64,000 bases of DNA, taken from assembly GCA_964252035.1 (NCBI GenBank), contig OZ176208.1, one strand, 5' to 3'. Numbering within the stretch: position 1 is the first letter of the stretch; each line of letters begins with the position of its first letter. A program made the translations under genes and the position numbers. This document shows, in pieces, positions 11,166-23,315 of the stretch. The stretch comes from Podarcis erhardii. Its lineage: Eukaryota. The notes below the pieces were generated by a model that did not search any database, was not told the DNA's origin, and saw only the letters and a program-made list of their open reading frames with translations.

Positions 11166-13039
11166 AACCGTGTGCTTGCGTAATCCTGACCAGGATTTCC
11201 CGTCTCCTACTCTTACCTCCCAACTGTTGCTGGTAAGGACATCTATCTTCTCAAAACTGCCTCGCCAGATGTACTGTGTAGAATTGGGCATTTAACTACT
11301 TTAAAAAGACTGATGATTGGCTAAAAGAATTGATTGGAGCCTTAATATTATGCGAGCAAAGATATTAATCATCAGCATGTTTGATACTTAATGCTAATTA
11401 CTAAAAAAAAAATAGCTGTCGTTAGGCATCCTAAAGAAGCAATGGATTTTATTTATTATGCCTTCCTTCAAGGCACTCCCGTTTTATTCTCAACAACCCT
11501 GTGAGTTATCTTTAAGCTGAGTGTGTGTGGCCAGCCCAAGGTTGCTTAACAAACTTAATGGCTGAGTGACCATTTAAATCTTAGTCCAGTCCCATAAGGC
11601 AAAGCAACCTCTTCAACTGATGACTTGCTGTGTTCCTTTTTGGAACTCTCTTCCTATTTGGAGATGTCTGCAGGTGTTGGCGAAAGAAGCCTTGTGACTT
11701 CTCTGGGGCTATTGAGGCAAGCTGTCCTCATTCCTGCTCTTACTAACAGGTGACTTCATAATGAAATGACTTGAGCAATCATCTCTGTGGAAAGTGGGCC
11801 CATTCTGCTCATGCTGCAGAACACTGAGTTCTTACAAGAAGTGTCCCATCCATGCATGTAACAGTATATGAACAGCTTAGTTTTCATTATGTGCCCTGGA
11901 CCTTTCCCTGGGCCAGTCTGTGTAATGACTCATCTCTTAGGCCAGTTTAGATGCCCATGCATTCGGTGCATGTTGTCACAGCCACGCTGTCCACACACTC
12001 TACTGTAACTTAAGCCTTAGTGTCTATAACTGAAATGATACACGTTCTTCCCCTGTTTACCTCTCTGCCTGGTGGTGCAGCTAGTCTAGTCTTGAGGCCA
12101 AAATCCAGGCTGTCATAGCCGGTGGTGGGGAGCAGGTGACCATCCAGACCAGGGTTTGAAATTAGCAGGGCGCCAGGCGCATTTTGCACCTAAAGATTCT
12201 CCGTTTGCGAGCACCTCAAAAAGTCTGGCCGCCATTTTGTGTGTGACACTTAAGGATTACTGAAATTATGTGCTTTGAAGCCTGGAAGTATGTGTTAAGG
12301 ATAGACAATATGTTAAGGAGTTTAACAATAAAGAGTAGAGTGTTTTCAAAACTGAAGTACGGTACCAACATTTTTATTGTAAATGCCAAATTAAGCATGT
12401 CTTAACAATTTTTGCTAAAAATGTGATACAGTGGTCACTTATGTGAATTGCATATTAGTTCATGCTTATCAAAATAATAAATAAAAAGTGTTGCTGGCAC
12501 ACACACCCCAACCCAGGTCCCAGAAACCATTTGGCTCCTAGCTTTTCTATCCCAGTTTAGGAAGATTTTTTAATCTGGGGTGGTTTGGCATGTCCATGTT
12601 TACAGATTCTCATACATCTTATCACATATATTAAACTTTTCTACAGCAAAATGGTATTTGTTCGTAGTGTGTCTAGCATCAGTGCAGCAGAATCAAACTC
12701 TCTGATTCCTATTAGAATGTGAAACTGCATTTGCTCAGAATATTTCTTTTCTTTTTATCAGGGTCGGCAAACTGTTTTGGGTTTGTTTGTTTTTCTGTAT
12801 TGTATCAGGAATGTAGAAGCAATTAATAAGGCATAGAGTAACATGGGGAGAGATTTTGTGTTCTTCAGAGCGGAATTCATACAAAAGTAATACTGTTAAG
12901 GCTGGGGTCAAAATTGCTTGGTTGCACCACCTGCATCTACTTCCTCTGTGGTCTCCCTGTCTCAAATTATAGATAGTATGCTAAGTCATCTGGGTAGGGA
13001 CTTTTGTATCTGTAAATCACTATGCACATTGATGGAAAT

Positions 13040-13110
13040 ATATATATATTTAGAGAGAGAGAGTGTGAGTGAGTGAGTGAGTGAGTGAGTGAGTGTGTGT
13101 GTGTGTGTGT
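13040..13110. repeat. Compound microsatellite (AT)n-(AG)n-(GAGT)n-(GT)n
   Basis: Directly visible. Confidence 0.95.
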
Positions 13111-13689
13111 AAGCTGCCATTTCCTACACAATAGTCTTGGAACATCTAATAATATTTGGCTGTGGCTCAATAATACATGGCTTAGTTGGTGATATTTGAT
13201 CAGCAATACATATTTTACCATCCTGCTTGCAAATTTTCTTCCTAAACCCCCTTAAGTCTACAGAAGAGTACACTGATCCCCAAAGGTATTGTGGCAGTGT
13301 GTAGTTGTTAAATCCTGAGAACACTTGGCATCCTTTTTTTAAAAGTAACTTGCTTATACTCATGGTTGCTGTACTTATTTAAGACACATGGATGTTCCAA
13401 ACACAAATCTTACTTTAATCTCATCAGATTATTGGTATGCTGTTTGCCATAGGTTCTTTCTTTCCTGCTTCCTTTCTGTTCCCTACCTTCCCGTCCACCT
13501 TTGCTGGTAGTGATATATAAAATAGTAGAGAGATGGATGCTCTTAAGAGTGTGGGAGGATGTGGCTGAACAGGAACTGTCTGCTTTTGCCAAGTGTATTC
13601 AAAGCCAGTGGTAATTCAATAGTTGTCATTGCCACATTTATATTTCTTGGTTAACTCTGTAATTAAACGACATCATCATCATTCTAGAC

Positions 13690-13826
13690 CTGCTTTTCTC
13701 AACCTTGGATCCCTATATACTGTTGGACTACAATTCCTATCCTCCCTAGCCAGCAGGACCAGTGGTCAGGGATGATGGGAGTTGCAGTTCAATAACATAT
13801 GGGAACCCATATGTTAAGAAAGGCTG
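13690..13826. mobile_element. Short hAT-like MITE
   Basis: Imperfect TIRs CTGCTTTTCTCAAC / GTTAAGAAAGGCTG; 8-bp flanks TTCTAGAC / GTCTAGAC (7/8). Confidence 0.75.
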
Positions 13827-14361
13827 GTCTAGACTCTAGAACATTGCCTTAGAATTAGGCTTTTAATCTGCTTTGGAACGTATTTACATTGTTTGAAAAC
13901 TAATGATCATGGAGAATAAAAATGTGCCTCCCATTGTTAATTGGATTGTTTGTAATGTCTTTTTTGTGGTTTAAATGCAGTACGCATATAATCTAAGTAC
14001 TCACTTGGCAATTTAAATATCAAAATGTCTGCGCCCAGTTAGATTACTTAAATCCCATTGACTTGAGTGAGATTTAAGCAGTTTAACTATGAGCAGATTT
14101 GGAGCCCTAGTCTAATTAAAAAATGTTGCTGGACCTGCTCCATGCTCTTAATGTGTCTAATCCCAAACATACTTCAACCACAACATAAATATGACCTTGG
14201 AATTGTTAAATACTAGGGTTATGTGGCTTCCAGTGTGACTCTATGCACTGACTATTACAGCAAAACTGCTATCAGGTTTTTTTATCTCTATAAATTTAAG
14301 AAAAAAGAGAATACAGTACATATTAGCATCTGATTGTAATTTTTCTGTTTTTATTTTTAAG

Positions 14362-14455
14362 ACAAGCAAAAATCAAATTAAAGTAGATCTTGTAGATGAA
14401 AATTTTACAGAACTAAGAGGAGAAATAGCAGGACCTCCGGACACACCATATGAAG
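14362..14455 (+). CDS. UBE2K: Ubiquitin-conjugating enzyme E2 K, exon 2 (TSKNQIKVDLVDENFTELRGEIAGPPDTPYEG)
   Basis: ttttaag|ACAAGC acceptor; 94 nt; translation matches vertebrate UBE2K; donor is GAAG|gcaagt (GC type). Confidence 0.97.
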
Positions 14456-15182
14456 GCAAGTAATATTTTTTGTATAAGCCATAGTACATTTACACATCTT
14501 ATTACTTGAAGGTAAAGTTTATAAGAAATCGTATTGTGGCCCATTTTGAAGCCTGTTATTAAATAAAGATAAATAAAGATTGCTTCTTTGTTTGTAGCAT
14601 ATATCTGTTCAAGCTAGTTTGTGCACATAGTATTTTAGAAAACTTTGGGCTGCACTTTTGCAGGAGTTGGTAATGACTTGTGTGTTTGATCTGATAGAAC
14701 TGCATGAATATTTTTAGCTGAACATAATTTATTGTACAGACACCTTGGAAGTAGTAGTGCAAGTGGGCGGGGGGGAGGTTAAGAGTTCCATATTAATGAT
14801 ATAGTGCCCTGCTTTCATAAACATTTGACACTGAATAATAATGCCCAGTAAGAGGAAGTAGAGTGTGCAAGCATTTTTAAGGACCAGGTTTTCAGACCTT
14901 AAAGTTATAATTCAGCTGCTTGACAGGTCTTTCAGCTCACTTCCTCCCATCCCCTTCTCTTGTCCCTCTTGACAGAGAGTAGTAAATTAATTCCAAGCAG
15001 TTGGTGGGTATCTGTTGACAATGTAAAAAGTTGAAGTGTACTCTCGGGACCTGTCTCTTTTGCTTATGTTAGCTACATAAAGCGCCATGTAATAGGTTAA
15101 GAATGAAACAAATAATTACAATCTGTGGCTTTTGAAAAATATGGAGACCACCAAATATTTAGTACTGTGAGTTAATGTATAC

Positions 15183-15369
15183 CAGGGATTGTCAACCTGG
15201 TTCATAACCACCCACTAGTGGGCATTTCAGGATTCTAGGTGGGCGGTAGGGGGTTCTACAGCACAAGCTGAATCCTCCTTCCATCGAGCACCGGTGGGCG
15301 GTAAGGAAATTTTACCATCAAGAAAGATGCATTAGTGGGCGGTAGGTATAAAAAGGTTAACTACCCCTG
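15183..15369. mobile_element. hAT-like MITE
   Basis: TIRs CAGGGATTGTCAACCT / AGGTTAACTACCCCTG; TSD not clean. Confidence 0.7.
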
Positions 15370-17945
15370 GTATAGACTGTTACCTTTCAGGGGTGCTTCC
15401 ACTTGTTAAAAACAAATGCACAAGTTTCCTCCTTCACTGAGATGAGCTTTCAGTAAGTAGTGAATCACTAAAGAACATTTGTGCATAGGATAGATATATA
15501 AAGAAGCAAGATACACGTGCATATGTCTAAGGTGGTACACATCATATGTACCACCTTAGACACATGATGCTGATGACAGGCATCTGTCCGTGAATCAAGG
15601 AGGGAAGAAATCCCACCTCTCCCCAAATCTGCATCAGGGTGTTGTGGACCCTCCAGAGCAGTTTGGAGGGATGCAAGGATATGAGAAATTGCCCCAAAAT
15701 GCTTGCTTCTCCATTCTGCAGATGTATGTCTGCCATCATTGGGGGGGAGGGGGAGATAAGATGCCACTCATTATTTCTTGTAATACAATTGTTTTAAAAA
15801 GCCAATTTCATCACCCATGCTTTGAAGTTGGCTTGTTTTTGAAACTGAGCTTAGTTAATGTTAAGCCATGCTCCTTGGTTTGACCAAAATGGAAATGTGT
15901 AGTGTGGCTTACTAAATAAGGAGTAGAATCTTCCGACGTCATCCTTCTGGCCATATGGGAGGGAGAACATACAAGCTCAGTTCACTGTGGTTCATGCACG
16001 TCACAGTAAACCATAGTTTATCATGGAATCCAAATGTGGCTGCCATCTCTCCCAGAAGAACAGTGCTTACTTTACAAATCCCAGGATCCTCGAGTTATGT
16101 GGGATAGTGCTTATTCCAATATGTCACAGAATGAGAGACCTTTTGTATACTGTGTGTTGAAATTGAGATTCTCCACTCCCAAGTTTATTTTAGAGAGCCT
16201 CCTGCTAACTCAAATTCATTGATTTCCAAACTGCATGTATTAATAAGTTTTTATCTCTCTTCATTCTTGCCTTCTAGTATAGTTATAGGACACTATCCAG
16301 TCCTCTAGTCTTATTTTACACCACAAATGCAGCTCCTTCAGTCTAGAGATTGTTCCGCCTTTTCAGTTTGAATCTGCCCTACTTAAACATAGGAATCCAA
16401 AATTGGGCACAGTGTTCTTGTCATGGGTACATCATTTCTTCCACTTGAACTACTGTGCTTACTACCTTTTAAGCAAATGTGTGTTTGCTGCCTTTGCAGT
16501 TACATTACTTTCCTGCCACTGACAAAGATTTCTCGATCTTTCTTAATGTCTGATGAGTTCTCATTCAAGAGCAAAAATGTTTGTTAACAGCTCCCAAATG
16601 CATGACCTTACGCTTCTTAACTTTCCATTCATTTTGCATAACTTGTGCAGTTAAGAATTGGGTGTCATCAAATAATTTTATCAGTGTTCCTACTTCCCTC
16701 CCTAGAGCTGCTAGTAAAATCACTGAGCAGAAGGCACTCCAAGACTCATCTTAAGGAGGGGACGGAGTTTCCTTCAACTTAAAAGTTTGCCTTTTGCCTT
16801 AACAATTTGCCTTTGCCTGTCTTAGTCGATATTGGTGTATGTTTTTTCATTCCATGTTACAAAATGGCCACACTAGACACTTTAGTTAATATTCATAACA
16901 ACTGGAATGGCTGGCAAAATTCCCCCAAGGTGAGCTTATTAATGTCCCTGGCATTTTCATAATCTGAGTTGGAGGAGAATTCTTTGCTTCTCTCTCTGTC
17001 TGGGCATCCCAGAGGCCTTGCCACCGTCCCTGACTGCTGTTAGCAACTATATGCTGGTAGGCTAGAGAAGATAGTCTCTTCCCTTCCCCTTTCCCTTCCT
17101 CCCTCCCTCCTCCTTTTCTCTTTCTGGAATGTGGAAAAGTGACACATATGCCTGGAGCCCATAGGAATTGCAGCTTTCCTAAGGGTGATTACAGTTTGCA
17201 TCCCCCTTTCCCTGTGCATTGCTGCTGCTGCTTCAACCAACTCTGCGTGCCAGAGAAGGGGAGATATTGTGCCAGGAGAGAAGGTGTCAGTGAGGGCTTC
17301 TGGGGACAGGGAGTGCAGCCAGGTATAGGTGGAGGGTTTGTTTTTTGAACCTCAGATTCTCAGGAAAAGATATCCGCCCCCTACCTTTCTTTCCCAGAAG
17401 AACTTAAATACTTTCCAGGTTAATCCAAAGCAGATTTGAGAGACCATGCCCATCTCTAGTATCTTCTCTTTCCAAAAGGCCAGTTATTTTGAATAAGAAA
17501 ATGTGTATGGGAATCATGGGTTGTTTGTGTTTTGCTATGTTGCTGTTTATGCGTATGGTCTCACAAGGGCTGCTAATTCATTGAAATGAGTGAAACATGC
17601 CATGTGTTGGTGACTCGATCAACAAAAAATAAAGGAAACTGACAGGATTTATTACAGGCTCTAAAGCGGTATCTGATTGTGCTTCACAAAGAATAAAGAG
17701 GAAAATTCCCCACCCCAGGAGTTTAAAAAGCATGTTATTGTTATTTATTGTTTGTAGTGTGAAGTTCTATCATGTCATTGTTATTGATTGTTTGTAAGCT
17801 GCTTTGGGGTTCGTTTGAATGAAAAGCAGCATGGTTAATAAAGCAAATCAATTAAATAAAAAATAGGGAGACAGCAAGGACAGGGAAATGCAAGGTGAGT
17901 TGGAATAAATGTGGTACAATCGCTGTTGAAAAAGATCTGTTGCAC

Positions 17946-18610
17946 CCCAGTCAAGCTTGCAAAGATATATCACTTGCCCAATAACAATTGTTGAAAGTGT
18001 AATGAATGCGAAGGAACTTTTTATCATCTTTGGTGGACCTGCCCGAAGATTAAGGCCTACTGGGAAATGATCTATAATGAAATTAAGAAAATCCTTAAGT
18101 GGACATTTATAAAGAAACCAGAGGCTTTTCTCTTGGGCATGGTGGGCCAAACGGTTTCAAAGAAAGATAGAACATTCTTTATGTACGCAACAACAGCAGC
18201 AAGAATTCTTTTGGTGAAGTATTGGAAGACTAAAGAAGTACCTACTCTGGAAGAATGGCAGACCAAGGTGACTGAATTCATGGGACTGGCAGAGATGACC
18301 GGCAGAATCCGTGACCAGAAGAGAGAGACAGTGGAAGAAGACTGGAAAAAATTCAAAATATATCTTAAAAATTGTTGCAAAATTTCGGAATGTTAAGATG
18401 TCAAGGGATTAGATATAAAGAATTACAGCTGTAAAAATTGAAATTTAGAAAAAAGCTCTAAAGAGAATTAAATATAAAAAGGGATGAAGGATTGCTAAAA
18501 AAATTTTAAAATAAGGATGCAGTGAAGGGGAGGTTTGGGGAAGTCGTGTTATGTTTGTTTGTTTTTTGTTTATGTTGTAAAATTAATAAAAATTATTTTT
18601 TTTAAAAAAA
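17946..18610 (+). mobile_element. 5'-truncated L1-clade LINE (ORF2 C-terminus + 3'UTR + A tail)
   Basis: In-frame C*KCNECEGTFYHLWWTCP (CCHC knuckle with one premature TGA), then ...TTAARILLVKYWK...PTLEEW...; AATAAA and A-rich tail; 18-bp TSD GAAAAAGATCTGTTGCAC (17928-17945, 18611-18628). Confidence 0.9.
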
Positions 18611-18804
18611 GAAAAAGATCTGTTGCACATAGGAATGTAAAAGCTACAAGTCTTTTTATTAGGATTGCTTCTGTCTGAAAGTAAGTGAGCTGTTAACTTT
18701 TTTTGCTAAGACAAAAAGTTAAAATGCCATTTGATTCCCTTATTCAGTATTTTGGTAAAATACTGCTGGCAAAGTGTATAATATTTGTGTGTTGGCTTTT
18801 GCAG

Positions 18805-18863
18805 GAGGAAGATATCAACTAGAAATAAAAATTCCAGAAACGTATCCATTTAATCCCCCAAAG
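18805..18863 (+). CDS. UBE2K: UBE2K exon 3 (GRYQLEIKIPETYPFNPPK)
   Basis: ttgcag|GAGGAA ... CCAAAG|gtacag; 59 nt; phases fit neighbouring exons. Confidence 0.97.
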
Positions 18864-19800
18864 GTACAGTGAGCATAAATTCTCGTGAATAATTCTTCAG
18901 AATGTTTCTGTATAGTAGGTGTTTTGTTATGCAGTGCTGTTATCCCCTAGATCTTTCTGGATCAACACAGAAACAACAGCCATTCACCCCTCATCATTTT
19001 ATGTCAATAGTCCCTGGTCACAAAATATTACACAGCTGGCAAAGCAATGATGGAACTTTTTAGAACAAAACTGCCTTCAACACAACCTTGTTGTGAACAG
19101 CTTTGTTCACCCCTAGCCCATTGCTCTCTGCCTGAAAACCAATATGAAGGCAGTAACTGTTAGATCTAGGTTGAATTGTATATATAATATTTATTAATAT
19201 ATATGTTTTAGTATAATAGAAATATTACACATATTTTTTAAGCTTCAGGGTGTCACAAGGCTCTTTGGTTTCGCTACAACAGACAAACACAGTTACCCTT
19301 CTGAAAATTGCTATAAGGATGCATCTTCATTCCTTGTGTTTATCAACTCACTTGGTAGCCATAGATAACCAGGAATTCCACGCATGCAGGTAACAAAGGG
19401 ATGGATTTCTCTGTCATCTGTCTGCTTTTTTATAAGGTCATTTTTTAAACTAGTCTGCTAAGAGGTATCACTTCAGATTGCTGTGAGGGCTCACCCAAGA
19501 AAATGCTCTCCATGCCAGAAGAAACACTGCATTTCAATATGTACAAAACTATCCTATTTAGGTAGTTTTTATCTCAGAAATCTTGATCATCAATATTATG
19601 GAGGAATATTTTTTCATGTGGCGAAGCATCCAGTCATGTGAGCCCCCACCTGCATTCTGCTGTGGTGGAACTCAGGTTTACATTTATCATCATATATTGC
19701 CATTTGTGAAAACAGTTGGAGGTTTGCCCATTAAAATATGTAGAGGTTGTCTTGAATACTTAGAAGCTAATTTAATAGAATTTTTTGTTTCATATTCTAG

Positions 19801-19883
19801 GTGCGGTTTATCACAAAAATATGGCATCCTAATATTAGCTCAGTCACTGGGGCTATTTGCTTGGATATCCTAAAAGATCAATG
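19801..19883 (+). CDS. UBE2K: UBE2K exon 4 (VRFITKIWHPNISSVTGAICLDILKDQW), with HPN motif and catalytic Cys
   Basis: ttctag|GTGCGG ... TCAATG|gtaatg; 83 nt; E2 active-site signature. Confidence 0.98.
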
Positions 19884-20690
19884 GTAATGTTGTGCATTAA
19901 GTTCTTGAAGATCCTCCAGATAATTGGACAATCGTCTATTTACAAATGTAGTAAAACTGAATTATTGTTTGTTGAGTGAAGTTATTGACAATGGATTATT
20001 GATTTAATGAGTATACCACTGTTCATCTGAAGATCACAGGGCATTTGGGTGGATGAAACAATGGATGGAAAGATCATTTTCATTCTCTACTTATATTTTT
20101 CATAGGAATTAGAAATATGTTTCCTATTGCTTTACTTTAAACTTAGACCACTGAGTAATTCTATACCATGGTTTGACAGTTTAGAATGCCCCCCTACATC
20201 TTTTTTACTGCACCTCTTGGTTTTTGTTAACCATAGTTTGCTGTGACATCTGAATTGACACACTATGGTTAGTGCTTACATCCAAACCATGGTTTCTGGT
20301 CTGTCATAGTTGGATGATTTGAATGGCAAACTGGTTATCAAAAAGGAGGAAATGAATGAGGGAAGCATGAAAGGGGTGCAAATGTGTGACTGCTCCCCTT
20401 CATTAAACCACTGAGCTGTTTTTACTTAGGAATTTAGAAAACTGGATGACTTTTCCGATTAGGAGTGCTCTGTACAGCAGTGTTAGCCTTAGGTGATCAC
20501 TGAGTTTTTACTGCTTTTTAGACTTTTCTGTTTCTTAGTAAGAACAGGAATTGGAGGCTAGATCCCCCATGTGATCTTCGGCTCTGTTCTGGAGGGTCCC
20601 CCAACTCTCTGGAGTCAACACTCAGGGCACAGTGGGGACCGCAGGGAGGAATTGGTAAAAATTGCCTCCCCTCTTCTGTTAGTTGAGACA

Positions 20691-21145
20691 TTGTTGTTGT
20701 TGTTGTTTAGTCGTTTAGTCGTGTCCCACTCTTCGTGACCCCATGGACCAGAGCACGCCAGGCACTCCTGTCTTCCACTGCCTCCCACAGTTTGGTCAAA
20801 CTCATGCTGGTAGCTTCAAGAACACTGTCCAGCCATCTCGTCCTCTGTCATCCCCTTCTCCTTGTGCCCTCAATCCTTCCCAACACCAGGGTCTTTTCGA
20901 GGGAGTCTTCTCTTCTCATGAGGTGGCCAAAGTATTGGAGCCTCAGCTTCAGGATTTGTCCTTCCAGTGAGCACTCAAGGCTGATTTCCTTCAGAATGGA
21001 TAAGTTTGATCTTCTTGCCATCCATGGGACTCTCAAGAGTCTCCTCCAGCACCATAATTCAAAAGCATCAATTCTTAGGCGATCAGCCTTCTTTATGGTC
21101 CAGCTCTCACTTCCATACATCACTACTGGGGAAAACCATAGCTTT
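20691..21145 (-). mobile_element. Bov-B (RTE-clade) LINE 3' fragment
   Basis: Minus-strand MYGSESWTIKKADRLRIDAFELWCWRRLLRVPW (RTE ORF C-terminus); (CAA)n tail. Confidence 0.93.
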
Positions 21146-21358
21146 TAAGGGTCTCCAAAGTGCTTTTACACAGTTTGGTTGGAAGCATTAGCGGACAGAT
21201 AGAATAGCTGTAGATTTAGGATTTGCTCTCTTTGGGGCATTAGACCTGTGCCTGAAATATAGCAATTCAGACTGAATATGGGGCTCATGTGTTTGAAAAT
21301 TAGGTATCAGGGAGGATTCTACCCAAGTTGTTTTTGTTTTTTTAATGTGGGGAATGTG

Positions 21359-21363
<5 letters not shown>

Positions 21364-21400
<37 letters not shown>
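21364..21400. repeat. (CT)n(CA)n microsatellite
   Basis: Directly visible. Confidence 0.9.
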
Positions 21401-21704
21401 AGGGCACATTCACTCATATGAGCCCCCAACCTAAAGGCTGAAGTGGTATAGCTCAGACACAGGTTTATCATCCCAGTGAGAACTTGGCCATAATTTTAGC
21501 CTTAATGTCAATTAATTAGTGTGATTGATGCAAACTGTGGCAAATGAGTAACCCAGGCATTCTCCTCTGGTTGAGTGGTACAATTAATGCATGACAGGGA
21601 AAGATGATTTTAAATAACGGAGTTGAAATTATTCTAAAGGCATTGCAATCAGATTTTTGTGTGTTGATAATAATGTGAATTTTATTATTTCTAATTTATT
21701 CTAG

Positions 21705-21804
21705 GGCTGCAGCAATGACTCTTAGGACAGTGTTGTTATCACTGCAAGCACTCTTGGCAGCTGCGGAACCTGATGACCCCCAGGATGCAGTAGTGGCAAA
21801 TCAG
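21705..21804 (+). CDS. UBE2K: UBE2K exon 5 (AAAMTLRTVLLSLQALLAAAEPDDPQDAVVANQ)
   Basis: ttctag|GGCTGC ... AATCAG|gtatga; 100 nt. Confidence 0.97.
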
Positions 21805-22015
21805 GTATGATGTTTAGGAAAACTCTGGTTCTCTCTATTCATAATGCTTTTCTCTTTTCAAAAGTACACTGACAGCTCTCAAATTTTGAGTTTTAATTAA
21901 ATCTGTAGGACACAGGCTAGTGAAATAGTTATTTGCTCTCTGAGAACTCGAAAATGCAGAATTGGTGCAGTTCCTAAAATAGGACCTATTATAGCATAAA
22001 CCTTTGTGAATTTTT

Positions 22016-22064
22016 TATTATTATTATTATTATTACTACTACTACTACTACTACTACTACTAAT
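22016..22064. repeat. (TTA)n(CTA)n microsatellite
   Basis: Directly visible. Confidence 0.9.
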
Positions 22065-22751
22065 ACTTGGGAGTATGTTTTGCTGAGAGTTGTGACACTG
22101 CACAAACATTTTGCCTACCTTGATAAATAAAAAGAAAATATTCTGTGCATGTCTGGTTTTATATTTTAAATTAACTGACAATTGTTTTTGCTCACTTCCG
22201 GCATTGGGCCAGTTACCAGCTCTCAGCCTGGCTACAAAAGGGGACATGGTGCTTGTATCATAGGCATCAATTTTTGGTTCCTTCAACCAGAGTGAGGCCA
22301 GCTGGTTGTTATAGCTCTTCAATAGATGTATACAAAAGTTTTCATGTTATTCATAGAGTTACTGAATCAAATTTATAAAATCAAAGCACACACATGGACA
22401 CACACTAGCTATATAAAAGTGGCTGGCAGGAATATTGTCTTGCTTGAAAGGTCTCTGTATGAAGAGGAAAGAAGCCTATCACTGTTGCACCATTGGCAAT
22501 CGTCTTCATTGCTTTTAATTCTAACCAATTCTCCTTTGAATAAGAGCTTCTGTAAGCAATAAATTTATTGTAGAAAGGCAGTTGCACTGTGTTCTTTCCT
22601 ACCTGTGGTGCTTTGGAGTCTTAAGGTATATTTATTCATCAATTGCAATTCCCAGATTGGATGCCAAGTAAGCCAGACAGTGCAGTCTGAATGCAAAAAT
22701 TCTTGAATTTGGACAGTTGTATGACTTAATTTTTTTTCCTTTTTGCTATAG

Positions 22752-22880
22752 TACAAACAAAATCCAGAAATGTTTAAACAGACAGCTCGACTTTGGGCAC
22801 ACGTGTATGCTGGAGCACCAGTTTCTAGTCCAGAATACACCAAAAAGATAGAAAACCTTTGTGCTATGGGCTTTGATAGG
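22752..22880 (+). CDS. UBE2K: UBE2K exon 6 (YKQNPEMFKQTARLWAHVYAGAPVSSPEYTKKIENLCAMGFDR), start of UBA domain
   Basis: ctatag|TACAAA ... GATAGG|gtgagt; 129 nt; UBA MGF motif. Confidence 0.98.
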
Positions 22881-23240
22881 GTGAGTATTGGTGCCTCTTA
22901 TGAAAGTGATAAACCACAACATGTCTATCCTTCCGTACGCAGCAACAGAACTTTGGTTACAAGGCCTGCCTTGTGTCAGATACTCTTTGCTTACTTGGGT
23001 AGAAGCTTCTGTTAGATTATCTTTGTATTATGCCTTGATTAACAGCTTTTTCACTACTTCTGAAGCTCAAGGAAATCCGTTTAACACCTGATTTTCTGTT
23101 AAGTAACTGACTTTAATTTAGCCATGGTCAAACTGACGTGTAAAGTTTCCTTCAGGCTTGTGCTGCAATTGGGTTTACATAAAGAACAGGTGCACACACT
23201 GACTTGAGTCTTTTTTTTCTTTTTCTTTTTGTCTTTGCAG

Positions 23241-23315
23241 AATGCAGTAATAGTGGCCTTGTCATCAAAATCATGGGATGTAGAGACAGCAACAGAACTA
23301 CTTCTGAGTAACTGA
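23241..23315 (+). CDS. UBE2K: UBE2K exon 7 coding part (NAVIVALSSKSWDVETATELLLSN*)
   Basis: ttgcag|AATGCA ... AAC TGA. Exons 2-7 total 540 nt = 179 aa + stop; adding the missing 21-aa exon 1 gives the known 200-aa protein. Confidence 0.98.
   Translation, partial: NAVIVALSSKSWDVETATELLLSN

Noticed and set aside
20735-21148. Plus-strand 137-aa ORF (MTPWTRARQALLSS...)
   Set aside because: Antisense frame of the Bov-B fragment.
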